Source of the DNA: Hydrolagus affinis
Lineage: Eukaryota
Reading direction: 5' to 3'
Length of the DNA: 64,000 nucleotides
NCBI GenBank assembly: GCA_012026655.1
Contig: JAAILG010001014.1
Span: forward strand, 1 to 64,000
How positions within the stretch are numbered: the first letter of the stretch is position 1; each line of letters begins with the position of its first letter. Positions 26,253-39,176 of this stretch are shown here, piece after piece. The position numbers and the translations under genes were made by a program. The notes beneath the pieces were generated by a model, which was not told the DNA's origin, made no database searches, and saw nothing but the letters and a program-made list of their open reading frames with translations.

Positions 26253-26789
26253 CTAGGAAAGAACAAAACAGTTAAAGAGTTGCATAAAGTTAAGGTCACT
26301 ACTTTAACAGTAACGTGCAGTGCAGTATAACGCGGACTCAAAAGTGAACAAATTTGATCAGTATGTCTCAAACTTAAATGAGAATATCTAAATTTAACAT
26401 TTATCTCTAAGGAAGAAAACAATATGAGCTCCTTATTGACTTTTAGGTTTCCATTTGAAATAACATCAGATAGAGGCTCGTTCATCTTTTCAGATTGGCA
26501 TTTGACAAAAGTACTTTATCTCTATTGGCAGGTGCCTGAATTGTGCACTGCCTGAGACACTTCTTACGAAGAGAAGGCTGAGAAATGGCATTCTAAAGAT
26601 AAAAGTAATACACTGAAGTAATAAAATGGCAGAACAAGTTTAGATGGATTGAGCGATTATTTCCAGTTATGATTATTCTCCAAGATGACCAAATTTAAGC
26701 TTGAGTTTCACAAATCTATTTCAAATTGACATTTCTGTCACCTTCCACAACAATGAGCCTCTGTCCTTACCCCCATCTTATTCTGAAAG

Positions 26790-27030
26790 TGTTTATGTCG
26801 GGTACGAATGGTTCCACTGGCAATGGCTCTGGGACCTTGCCCAAGTGGCCGCCCTTTGTATGCCAGTCCAGATGGTTATTGTTGGCAAGGCATTACACTG
26901 CAGGGGGTGCACCACAGCTGAGCACCATCCTGCCTTCACCCAATTCGTTTCCAGCAGGGGTCGGTGTACTGTGAACAGCAGGAGGAGCCACAAATTCAAA
27001 GGCACAAGATTTATTTGCACCAAGGCCACT
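26790..27030 (-). mobile_element. Old SINE-like repeat copy (same family as about 1095-1190 and 52110-52400)
   Basis: Contains GACCCCTGCTGGAAA...CTCAGCTGTG...GGCCACTTGGGCAAGGT...GTGGAACC; the last blocks recur at about 1130-1185 on the plus strand. Confidence 0.5.
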
Positions 27031-27305
27031 CAATGTTTTTTATTTTATCTGTTCACCAACAAGACACCGGTGTGGACACTGAATACCCAGTAGGATATGT
27101 TTTTTTAAAAAAATACTGGTGTTCACACAGGACTTTGTTTCAACATATAAAACCAGAATGTCTCTCCAAATTTCTTTCTGAATCACAGCAAGCGTAACTC
27201 TGCATTCAGGGAAAAAGCAGAAAATAACAGTAGGGCATAATGCAGAAGCTTTTCTTTTTGAAAAAAATTCTAAGGAAAGAAAAATTTGTGCCAATGATAT
27301 ACCAA

Positions 27306-27610
27306 TGGAGTCCTGCAGCTCAGTGGTTAGATCACTCGCCTTACAAGCGAGAGACCTGGGTTCAATTCCAAGCAGGGCGAAACCTTGCTCCACATACCTA
27401 ATAATAATCCCTTATAAGAGAAAAATAGTAGATTGGTCATTTCAATCCACAACTGTTTGTGGGGCACTGCTGTGTGCAATTGCTTTCCTCAACTGTGCAC
27501 TGCTGTCCGCATTATACAGCCAATTCACTTAACAGCATATTCTGTGAAGTGCTTTGAGACGTCTAGAAGACTTGAAAAGCACTATATCAAATGCAAAGAT
27601 TATTATTATA
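27306..27610 (+). mobile_element. Full-length tRNA-derived SINE
   Basis: GGAGTCCTGCAGCTCAGTGGTTAGA...GGTTCAATTCC head, body and (TAT)n tail. Confidence 0.85.
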
Positions 27611-29091
27611 CATATGTGCCATAGACAAGTGCAAGTATGGCACACACACAGATTCACTGACACACACAAACAACTCAAGTCATTTTAAATCTAAACCATA
27701 CTTGCACATTAATCCAACACGTCACTCTCCTACTCACACCTTCTATTAGCTGCTCAATTCATCCACAAGATGGTCACGCCACCTTACAGTTTAGCCTGAG
27801 AAATGCTTTGACACATCCTCTCGATGCAAATGGGTGCTATAGCAAATCTAAGGATTATGTATTTCACATTCTTTTTCTTTACTAAAGGAGAGATATTCTT
27901 GAGCAATAATCAATGCTGCTTTCAAACTGTTTGTTTGGAAGGTGCACGATTCTCCTATGGATTTACTCAACTCAACTGCCAGTTTTCCTCCTCCCATCAA
28001 ACATAGCTGAGATCTGTGGCTCATTGTGTGAGTGACTCAGTGGCGCAGCACATCACGGCATTAATGCACTAGCCACTGATTAGCAAATGCATTTAGCAGA
28101 ACATCAAATTATATCCTCTTTGATTATCAACTCAACCGATAATGCTTCTTCACAACAGAACCATGGGAAATGAAGCTGTAAATGTTACTGTATTATTGAA
28201 TGCCCCCCCTCCCCCTTTGAAATGTGAAAAATCGCTCACATTTCAAAAGCTGAACAGATTGCCTTTTGTTTCTTCCAATATGAGCATCTTACATAATTAA
28301 CCTTTAATCTTTGAAGCTGCTGTGGGAAGGATTATCAACATGAAAATAGTCTCGCTGAATAATTTGTAGCTTCAAATTGACTCCATCCACGGCCCCTTAT
28401 CTCCTCGCAAGGGTTAATGACATTGAAGCAAGATTAACATAACGTTTTTGTGGGGGAAAACAGACTGATAATTAAGCAAAATTGGAGTAAAGACAGGCTT
28501 GCAAATTAAGGCTATTCAGTTAAGTTGAAGGATGAAAGTGCAAGCTTTTGTGAAGTTGGCTCTCCCTTACAGTATACTACTAGTTCATCACTGCTGTAAA
28601 ACTCGGACCATAAAATAGCTTCAGACTTTTATTCCAGATTTATTATTGTGCTGTTAAGACAACAGGGTCTTCCTAAGGCACTCACTCTGGTATGATTTCA
28701 GATATCAGTACTCTCCTAACGTTAAATTTCCAAGTCATATCTGAAGAAGCAAAGGGCGAAACAAGGCACAAAAGGAAGCAACAATTTTGTTTGATAAAAC
28801 TATATAAAATAATTGTTATATAATTATTTATATAAATGATAACACTTTTAAAATCAATTATATAAAAAAAAATTATGTCGCCCATAAATATAGTCAATTC
28901 ACTTTAGTGTAAACTCTCTGAGGCGCTTTGAGAAGTCTCGAAGACTATATCAAGTGCAAGGATTATCATTCATAAGCAAGGAACACAAATGGGAAACTTG
29001 AAAGACAGGAGTGGGAGTGGGGGGGGAAGAATCTAACAGGAATGAAAGCACATAGTGGTTTACCTAATCCCTATAGTCAAGTGCTTGATAA

Positions 29092-29350
29092 TAGTAATAA
29101 TAATCCTTGCATTTGATATAGTGCTTTTCACATCTTCTAGATGTCTCAAAGCGTTTCACAGAATGTACTGTAAAGTGAATTGACTGTATATTTGTGGGCG
29201 AAACGCGACAGCCAATTGCGCACAGCAGTGTCCCACAAACAGTTGTGGAATGAAATGATCAAATTTGATTATTGTTTTTTTTTGGCGGGATTATTGTTAG
29301 GCGTGTGGAGTAAGGAAACTTGCCCAAGTTTTCACCTTGATCTGCCTAGA
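29092..29350 (-). mobile_element. 5'-truncated tRNA-derived SINE
   Basis: Close match to the family body and tail. Confidence 0.8.
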
Positions 29351-32300
29351 TGTTCAGGTGAAAGTTTTTTTTAATAAATTGTAATACACTGTGCAAGAAA
29401 TCGATGGGAATGGGGAAGGAGGAAAGTTCAAAGAGGAAATCGCACCCAGAATTCAAACTCATTTATAATTTCATTGATTATTTCCAACAGGATGGAGGGA
29501 ATCATGTTCCAATGGTGAAGCATTTTTACCGTTTCACCGTGTGGTAATTTCCCCATTCCTCCAGCTGCAGAGGCTCCTATTGCTAAGGCAGTGAATGGGT
29601 GAGTGAGTGCCACTGGTAACGCAGTCCCAGCAGTGAACTTGGCATTTTGGACCAGATGGCACAGCATTGTTACCTTCTTGCCAAGTCTAAGCTTCACAAG
29701 GCTCTGCTCCTCTCTCACACCCAGACAGCTCACTCTATTCTGCTGCTGCGACTTGTAACCCTCTGATACCCTCTGCCCGCCATCTGCTTTCTAAACAATG
29801 CCAGGTCTAATTTGGAGTTAAATACTCTTTTTGATCAGCAGTGGAACATTGCACTAGAATTGGCCCTGAAATTGGGGCTGATTTTTTATGGGGTAGGAAT
29901 GTTGGCATTACCAACAAACAATCCAATTAAAATGGATAGTGGTCTGGTAAACAGGCAAATATAACTAGAAGAGTCCCATCATTCCCTAGCCTTTCACTTC
30001 CACTCATGTACCCCAGAATGTTTGGGCTATTTTCTCTCACTCTCTTTCTGTATCCTTTGCACCCTAGGGAGTCTCTTTCAGCCATCTCTCCCTTTAAGTG
30101 CTCTGGGTCACTACCATGAAGGGGCCCTATGTAAATACAAGTTCTTGTTAAAATGCGCATCTTTCACACACTTCCCAATATGGTTCTTTGTCCCTCCCAA
30201 ATGAAACATGTAATGACATTGATGGGAAAACAAGGAAGGAGAGGGTAAAAATACATCAAGGTTCTATAACAAAAAGGCTAAGAGAACCATACTGTAAGTC
30301 ATTAACTAATGGAGTTATATTTTTTGGATATCAAAGGCTGTAATGCACTTATGGAAAAAATATCCAGATGCTTTTAAAATAAGCAAACTAGGCTGGGACA
30401 TCTCATCTAGTGAGGTTAAGTATCCACGTTATGGATTCTAATGTGTTTACAAGCTGTAAGTGAGGTTAATTTATACTCTGGCTCTGAAATTGTTACTTGT
30501 GACAAGCTACAATGCACAGTTCACAAAATACATTTCTATTTTGTTCACAGACCCATACCCAGGGGTCAATTCTCCTCTTACATGCATCACAACACTTATC
30601 TGCCCAGCTTTATTAACAGCAAAGAGAATGGTTTCATAAAAATATGTTTTTTTTAAAAAGAAAAGTACACTATTTGCTCTCGGATTACTAGAATAACCTC
30701 CTGGATGTATAAAAGGAATTTTCTTTCAATGCTAAATCCATCATCAGTCACCTCTGCAATGAAATAAAATATTAATATTATTGGCCTCAACAGTTATTAG
30801 CATTACTGGCCTCCTGACTGCATCTGAAAGGCAGTGTCTGTGTGAATTGATGATGTAATCGGGCAACAAATCAAACCCTATGGTCCTCTGATGTTTAATT
30901 ACCAAGATCAGTGCACTGTGCCGAGTGCGCGCCTCAATTTTAAATAGAAGTTTACAATAAGAACAGTGTTTTCTGGATGTCAGTGCGAGATTTTTACTTC
31001 TCCGCAGATAGACCTCCACTTGAGCGTTTAATGTGCACTAGAGAGAAATATTTCTGTACTAGCGTTCTCCAGCAGTGTAAATGGTATAAATGGAACAGAG
31101 TGGAGCAGTAAACCCGCAATTATATGAGGAATGTTTGCAGTAAAAAGATTAAAAGTAAAAAGAGGAGATATGCAATTTGTTATTTAATTAAAAAAGGATG
31201 AATCATAGTACGGGATTAAAATTCAACCCTAACATTTAACAACCTTTCTTCAAATAAATGTGTGGGCCAGGCATCAGGGTTTTACTGGGCGAGCTGTAAT
31301 ACCAAAGCCATCAGCTCTGGAACTCCGGGTTCCTCAGCCACTGAATGATTCTTTTGGATGGGCACATTCCTCGAGTTCAAGATTCTAATTTCAACTGCAT
31401 CAAATTATGATAACTAACTTCCAGTTATAAAGTATGTTTTACATAAAACAAATTCTAAATGATGTGAATATTACAAACACACATACACGTGACAGCTAAT
31501 CTGTGCTATTTTGAATGTAGAGGATAAATTTGGATAAGCAAGGAATATGAACCCGCAGAGCTATCTGTTTCATGTACATCATCTTAGAAATGTAACAGTA
31601 AAATTCATAAACTCCATAAAATGTCAAGTATAATAGCAAGATGGAGCAATGTCATTTGTTCATGCTACACTGCTCACATCTCAAGATAAAGTGCACAGCT
31701 AAAATCTTTTTTTTTAAATGTACAAAAATTTTATATTTATATTCTGGCCAAATTTCTACTGTATATTCATTAATTTTCAGCTGACATCAAATGCCCCATA
31801 CAAATATTTGGTCCAAACAAAATGAGATGAGGTGGGTGATAGATTTTCTTGTTAAGGAAAACTTCAAAGTAAAGGTCACAGCAGCTCAGAACTATTTTTC
31901 ATTGTTTTTGCTGGTCCTAATACATTTCATTCGAAATGTCACGGCCATATTAATTTATTACATTATTTATGAACTGCGTAACCTATGCCAGCGCTGACTG
32001 ACCTCTGGATTGATCAATGATTCAATAAGCGATTATTTACATCCCCAGCTCTGACCCCAGGGGAAGTCCTTCAATCTCGATATTCTCCAGGGCGCCACAA
32101 CTCCATTTTGTATCTTATTTTTCCAAACATCTCTCATGCTTTATGGAGCTTCTCAGTAGCGCTGTAATCTCAGTCAGAGGCCGCTAACTGAGCTGTTTTT
32201 GTCTCTTGGAACAGTGCCTCATTTATGAAGTTGCTTGACCTCTGGTATTTCCAGAGATTACTCTGATGTGCACAGCCAAGTGAGCTTGATTAAACAGTAT

Positions 32301-33499
32301 TGCAGAAACACTGCACCCGGGAAATAGACAGAAAATCAACACCGCTGGTTTATTCTCCGATAGGAAGTCAATTGGGAGGGTGGTTGTATCAGAACTATGG
32401 AACAGCTTTGTCAATACGGGACATCTGACATAAAGGGAAGAGGTCACTGTGCTATTTCCATCAAGAAAGAAGTGTGTCCTGCAATTTTCCCACTGGACAA
32501 TTAAACTCCATGGATGAACTGAATGAGAGGAAAGTTCGGCTGTTTATCTTCAGGGCTGTCCTATTGCCTTGTTTTTACTGAAGTGTACCCGTCATATACA
32601 AAAACAGTTTCTGGCAATGTAGGCCATCCATCCTTCCAGCCTATGTATCCATACATCATCCATCTCAGCATCCAATAACCCTGAATGGTTTATTTATAAT
32701 AACATCCATCATCTCCCTCAAAAATGTTCCCATACATTGGAGCACACACTCAGCCATTCAGTTACATCCCATTCCAGGTAGCAATTAGACTGCCAAATAC
32801 TTCCAACAAAATCCACACTATACATTACAAGGATATATTCTGAAGTGGGGCAGTGGGAGAAGGAAGAGGGTAGTCTTGAGAATTAAACCTCAGTTGTGTA
32901 ACTTGCTAATGGTAGATATATGGTGCAACAATGCACAAGCTTTGGGGCATTTTTCAGTTTGTTCTACAGAATAGTGGTGGCAGTGGTGGAAATAACACTA
33001 TAACAGACAGCACAGGCTGTCCGTTATTGCACCTGAAGTGGAGAGATGAGGAACCAGCAAGGCTTTAGGTGGGCTAGGTTTAAAAACACAGATGACTCTC
33101 CAGAGAAATAAGGCAACACTTTTCTGTTTTGGAAAAAAAAACTGTACATGAACTACGTGCACAAATGATTCTAAAGTTATGTAACTCAGATCTACTGATT
33201 TAAAATGTAAATGGAAACAAACTATAGATCATTTATAGGACCCTTCAACTAGCGCAGGATGTGCATTTACCCAGCAAACAATACAATTTAAAGGCATAAA
33301 GCCTTTTTTAAAAAAAATCATCGGTGGTTTAAAACAACCAGCATATCCTATTGACACAGTTCTCAATAATGCATCCATTTATCCAGGATGCAGTACCGTG
33401 TAAAGGAGTTAAAAGGGTAAAGGCCACCACAATAGAATATCTGCACAAATACAACAATGGCAATTTGACATTAGGTCTACAAATAATGGCAATTTTTGT

Positions 33500-35680
33500 T
33501 CGAACCGATCACACTAACATGGCCACCTGCTTGACTCGGTGATCACCTGGGGCCTCACCCTTTTGGACATCACCATCACTGACAAAGCCATCTCGGATGA
33601 CCACTTCATCTCCCTGACACCTCCATACCCCATCCCCCTACTCAATCCTCTGCCCATGGGAAAAAAAATTCCCCCTCTCCCTCTCTGCTGCCCTAGAGTA
33701 ATCTGAACTCCTACCAATCTGGCGCTTACTAACTGGCCTACCATCCTTGTTATCTTTTCTCCACAAATCCCTCTCCTCCATCCTCGGCTCCCTTGCCCCT
33801 CTCAACTCCCAAACCGCCTCTTACGGTAAATCCCCCTGGTACATCAGCCATCACTGGATCACACTAAGACCTACCGCTCCGCTCTTGCCTCCGCCAAGTC
33901 CTCCTACTGCTCCAAGTTAATCTTGGAGGCTAAGGATAACCCCAGGCTCCTCTTCTCCACCACAAACCATCTGCTCCATCCACCCTTCTACGCCTCACCC
34001 ATCCTAGCTTCCAACTCCAATTGCAAGGAGATGCTGAACTTCCTCGAATCTAAAATTGAGGTGTTCAGCCACCTCTACCCCATCCACCACTACCTTCCCA
34101 TTAGCTCTCCCCCAGGATCCAACCCCATCCCACCCCCCATTAAACACCTTTGACCTTATCTCTCCCTCCGCCCTCTCATCCGAAAAATGAAACCCACCAC
34201 CTGCTCCCTCAACCCTATCCCTACCTCTCTCCTCATCTCCCAGCTCCACCTCCTAGACCCCACTCCCCCAACAGACAGACATCATCAACCTCTCCCTATC
34301 CACCGGCACTGTTCCCACCCCTCCAAAAACAGCTGTCATCACCCCCATCTTGAAAAAACCTTTGCTGAACCAATCCCTACTCTCCAGCTACGATCCCATC
34401 TCTTAGGCCTTGGAACTAGTCATTGCTTTCCAGCTTCGTTCCTTTCTCTCTCGCCATTTCCTCTTTGAACCCTTACAAGCCGGCTTCCGTGATGCCCATA
34501 GCACGGATACAGCCCTGGTCAAAGTCTCTAACGACATTTTAACATCTGCGATCAGGGCTCTCTCTGCCTCCTTATTCTCCTCAACCTCTCTGCTGCCTTC
34601 GACACTGTAGACCACTCCATCCTCCTACATCGCCTCTCCGCCTACCTCAATCTTCAAGGACCTGCCCTCGTCTGATTCAACTCCTATCTTTCTCGCCATC
34701 TCTACTTTGTCACCACCAACAGCTTCTCTTCCAGCCCATGCACTGTCACCTGTGGCATCCCCCAGAGCTCTGTCCTTGGCCCCCTACTTTTGAATATCAA
34801 AATGCTTCCTCTTGGTGACTTAATCCGCAGATTGGGGTCAATTTCCACTTGTATGTGGATGACACCCAACTCTATCTTTCTGCTTCTACCCTCGACTCCA
34901 GGACCACTGCTGTCCTGATAGATTGCCTGTCAGACATCAAGTTCTACAGTTGAACAAGACCGAGGCCCTCCTGACTGGCTCGTGCCTTCACACATCAGCC
35001 ATAATCAACCTCCACGGTTGCATACTCAACCTCATCAAGCCAGTCTGGAACCTAGATGTCTTGTTTGATACTCAACTGTCTTTCCTCCCACACATCCAAG
35101 CCATGACCAGGCTTGACTAAACCAACTTCCTGCTTGTCGGCCTTCCCGATTCCTCCCTCCATAGGCTGCAGATAAACCAGAACTCTGTGGCCTGTGTCCT
35201 CTACCGCTCCATGCTTCGTGACCCCATATCCCCCAACCTCACCCGACTCCACTGGCATCCCGTCACCCAGAAGATTCAATTCAAGTTCTTGGTTGTCACA
35301 TTCAAAGTCCTCCATGGCCTCACCCCACTCTACCTCTGAACTCCTACCCCCTATTAACCTAACCACCACCTCTGTTCAGCATGCTCTGGCCTGATCCACG
35401 TTCCCCGACCCACCCACCACACCATTGGTGGACAAGCCTTCAGCCCCTGTGCCCCTAACCTCTGGAACTCCAACCCGCAGTCCCTCCACCTCGCCCCCTC
35501 CCTAGCCTCCTTCATGTCACTCCTCAAGACCCTCCTCTTTGACGGTCCCATTGGTCACCCTAAATCCCTGTTTCCCTCCACCCTCCCTGTCCCTAGCTCG
35601 GGTCTCAAACAATGACTGTCCAGTGACTTGGGACATTCTCCTGACGTGAAAGGTGCTATGCAAGCATAAATTTGTTGGTG
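33500..35680 (+). mobile_element. Degenerate, 5'-truncated L2-clade LINE (end of endonuclease, RT domain, 3' tail), antisense to CFDP1
   Basis: Fragmented ORF2 motifs: SD(D)H, KPTTCSLNPIPT, LQAGFRDAHSTDTALVKVSND, AAFDTVDH, GIPQSSVLGP, YVDDTQLY, LNKTE. Many frameshifts, C-rich composition, and an L2 tail GTGAAAGGTGCTAT. Confidence 0.9.
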
Positions 35681-36534
35681 GTTTATGAAACCTAACCACT
35701 GCAGATATAAGTGGAACATGCAGTAACTCGACAGAAAAATTATCTTGTGGATATTATTCACAAAGACCCAGACACTCAAAATACGAGACTTTTGTTCTCT
35801 CGATACATGCATGGATTAAATCCTGGATGGCTGCCGCCCTCGTGTGGTAGTGGATTTGAGTTGCTGCATTGTTTAAACATTATGCAAGGACATTGTGAAA
35901 GGAGCATTGGTCTCTGGTGCATAATTGCAACTTCACAACCTGCTACAAACATGTTTACTTAGTTCTATTGCTTAGGTACCTAATGAACTGTCAGAAGGCT
36001 GTTAGATCAAGCCCCATGCATTCAAGCCTTTGAGCTCCTATTTTCAGCCAACACTAACTAAATTAGTCTAGTACTGGGGGAAGTACTGTATCAGAGGTGT
36101 TGTTCTCCAAGTGAGATATTAAAGAGATAGGTCCAGTCTGAGTGTAGGAGGATCTTAAAACTCCTGTGGCACTTTTTCAAAAGATAAGGATGTTTCTCTT
36201 GGTGTCTTGGCCAATATGATTGCAGATTTTTGAAAATGTTTGTTTCCGATAAGACACTGTACCGAAAGCAAGGATTATTATTGTATATAACAACCACTTT
36301 TGCCCTGCCTACTCCTAATTTCCATAACAGTCATTCCATCAACTTAAATGCTGTAAGTATGATGAACTCCCATTCATACTATAGCATCTTACAGGTCCAT
36401 GTTAGGTAAGAATGCAGCACCTTCAATGCTGTACACTTGGTGTAGGAAAATAGTTACTTTGTAAAAAGCTGCTTCTTACATTACAATTTGGGATTTGATT
36501 AGCGACTTAATAAAATTGATGCAAGATCACTTAC

Positions 36535-36659
36535 TTGACCACTTCACCCGCAAAGTCAAACACCTTTGTTATTGTGACCTTTGTGGGTGCCTCTGGCTTG
36601 TCTGGCTCTTTCTCTAATTCCTGAGGCTGGTTCGGCTTCTCTTCATTTACTGATGAGGC
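36535..36659 (-). CDS. CFDP1: CFDP1 coding exon 4
   Basis: TAG acceptor and GTAAGT donor; 125 nt. Encodes ASSVNEEKPNQPQELEKEPDKPEAPTKVTITKVFDFAGEVV(K), with the hallmark ITKVFDFAGE. Absent from the ORF track. Confidence 0.95.
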
Positions 36660-37389
36660 CTAGTCAGAAGAGATGAAAAGAAATATGAGTTTTATACATC
36701 ATCCAAGAAATGCATTTTGAATCACAGGCAAAGCCTAGGCAAAACTTCTACGTAAAACTTCCGTACAGTTATAAGAGAAGAAGCATAATTTAATCTGCTG
36801 TCTATCAGCTAACCCCACCAAGCCATGCTTCATCCAGAAGCTTAACAATTTACAAATCCCACAAAAGTAATTCAAGTAGGCTAGGAGTGAGGGTCAGCCT
36901 TGCAACTCATCTTGCTGGCAGTTGATCCGTTTCACCCCCAGTCCACCAGAAGTTCCTTTTGTTTAATTTTTAAAAAAAAATTAAAATCTGAATTTATCTT
37001 GTATTTTTCTGTTCAATAAACACGGCGGAGAATAACTCCGTTATCTCACATTTTCAGGCAGCACGTCAAATTTTCCCAGCCATGTCCCTTGACTAAATGG
37101 GAAATGCTTACAAATTCAATAAAGATACACATATAAAAGATGTTCTTCGTGGCTTTTAAAACAGTTGGTTTTCAGTAACGAGAATTTCAGCAGGAACGTG
37201 CCTTCTTTACAGTTCTGTAATTAAACAAACTAACAAGCCACATTGTGAAAGATCAACTTGCTAACGTGTCCATCAAAAATGCAGTGAAAACACACAACAT
37301 TCAATGTGTTCAGTTCAGTCTTCTGAGTAATGAGACATGGCCAGTATCCAAATAAGTTACATTTTTCTAAATTACAACATCCATTAATA

Positions 37390-38098
37390 TAATAGAAGCC
37401 CGTTTTTCCGGCACCCGTGGGACCTGGCCAATGCCGGATATTCGGGCGGCCCGCAGCCGAAAACCCACTACCAAAAAATTAAAGTTCTTTTAACATATAC
37501 CATACACACCAGACTAAGTAATAGCAGATAGTGGCGGAGTATTGTGTTGGTGCTTGTTGTTGGGGCTGCTCTCTTGCGCTTCTCACCTTTGCTGGTTGGG
37601 GTTTGCAGTCCAGCGATTCTTTTTTAAATGGGGGGCGCCAGGCGGGTGAAAGAAGCGGTAGCACGATTTTAAAGTCGCGCAACTTTACTAGCTGCAAGCT
37701 GAAACCCTAAACTCTACTAGTGGCAAACCAAAATACTGCACCTGCATGACAATGTGGGTTATCGGCTAGCGTTATCGCTATGACTTTGAAGTCATAAGCG
37801 CTCCATTTTTTTTGCCCGCATGGCATGCTCCATTTTGGGAGGGGTTGCTGGACTGTAAACCTCAACCGCAGCATCATGGCTTCAAGCGCAGCATTTACCA
37901 TCGGGGGTGGGGGGCGCAGGAGAGTAGTTTTGACAGTGAGTGCCAATGCAATATTCTGTTATTATTTATGCATTTACAAATGCTCCACTGTTATTGTTCC
38001 GGATAAATTCCGGTTTATCGAATGGGGACTTTTTTCTGGGCGTGCCAGTTATACGGAAGTGCCGGTGCATCAAGTCACGGATAAACAGGCTTCCACTG
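37390..38098. mobile_element. Non-autonomous Tigger/pogo-like DNA transposon
   Basis: Imperfect 21-bp TIRs (TAATAGAAGCCCGTTTTTCCG and CGGATAAACAGGCTTCCACTG) flanked by TA at 37388-37389 and 38099-38100. Subterminal CCGG-rich repeats and an internal inverted repeat are present. Confidence 0.7.
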
Positions 38099-38176
38099 TA
38101 TTTCCCACCACTGTGGTCAGCACCATCCTGTAGCACACAATATTCTTTCTGATCAGCTCTACTAGTTAATGATCAC

Positions 38177-38390
38177 CTTTTGGTTAGGTGTCTGAACAGC
38201 AGCAGGTGCTTTAGGCTTGTCTCCAACATCACTCAAGAATCTGGCCCACAGATCATCGGCTTTCTTCTTCTCCTTCTGTTCTACGATTTCTGGTCTACCA
38301 TTCTCTGGAGCATCCTCCTTCAGGTCCGTGGCTTGATCAGCCTCCTTCACTTGCTCACCCTCCAAACACAATACCCCTTTCTTTCGCTTT
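38177..38390 (-). CDS. CFDP1: CFDP1 coding exon 3
   Basis: CAG acceptor and GTGATC donor; 214 nt. Encodes (R)KRKKGVLCLE...KKKADDLWARFLSDVG...PNQK. Confidence 0.93.
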
Positions 38391-38437
38391 CTGCCAAAAC
38401 AAGATCTTACAAGTTTAGAATGCAAGTATCGTACTTG

Positions 38438-38735
38438 ATAATAATCTTGCATTTGATGCAGTGCTTTATCATGTTGTCGAGAAGCTCCAACGAGCTTCAG
38501 TTTCAAATGGATTGACTATGTATTTTATGGGCAAAATGCAACAGCAGGTGTCCTGGCTGACAATCCCCCAACTAAAATTGGTCATTTATTTCATGGCTGT
38601 TTGCGGGGCATTCCAGTGCGCAAGTTAGCTGCCATGTCTGCCCAGAGCATACAGTTACTCCATTTTACAGTAAATCCCGTGAAGCAGTTTGAGGTGTCCT
38701 CCCAAAAACTCGCTTTGTAAAATGCAAGGATTATA
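38438..38735. mobile_element. Diverged SINE fragments in opposite orientations
   Basis: Inverted tail and body at about 38438-38545; forward body and tail at about 38560-38735. Confidence 0.6.
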
Positions 38736-38960
38736 GGATTGTCGAGATATATAGTCACTTGAACTTGATATTCAAAACTCCAATGGATTTCAGGGTTAAG
38801 ACTCAGAACAGGAAAGCATCACACGCAAGCTTCCCAAATATGTTGCGTGGGTTCTTTCCCTGTTTTTTTTTAATTTTGGAGTGATCGGCAGAGGATTAGA
38901 AGCACCACATCAATGAAGTCCTCACACTCTTTACCACGCTATATTAGAAACCCTATTTAC

Positions 38961-39078
38961 CTGGTAAGGATTTTCTTTGTGGATTTCTTTGGGGATTTCT
39001 TTTTCTGAGGCTGTTCTTCTCCTTCTAGGTCATCTTCTTTCACCAGCTCATTGACATCATCTTCACTGTAGTCTTCAC
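38961..39078 (-). CDS. CFDP1: CFDP1 coding exon 2
   Basis: CAG acceptor and GTAAAT donor; 118 nt. Encodes (G)EDYSEDDVNELVKEDDLEGEEQPQKKK..., matching CFDP1 EYSEDDVNELVKED. Confidence 0.95.
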
Positions 39079-39176
39079 CTGCAAAAGTCAAAATGACACT
39101 GAAATGAATCCTCCTGCACAATACAAAACCCTGTATCAAATGCAAGGGTTATTATTAATAATTACATTAATAATCA

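Noticed and set aside
27306-27380. tRNA-Val(TAC)-like sequences (also at 6623, 8313, 39177, 44601)
   Set aside because: These are SINE heads that continue into the SINE body, not standalone tRNA genes.
33500-35680. Possible LINE domestication into CFDP1, as in ruminant CFDP2/p97Bcnt
   Set aside because: The L2 is antisense to CFDP1 and heavily frameshifted, and exons 4 and 5 join in frame without it.
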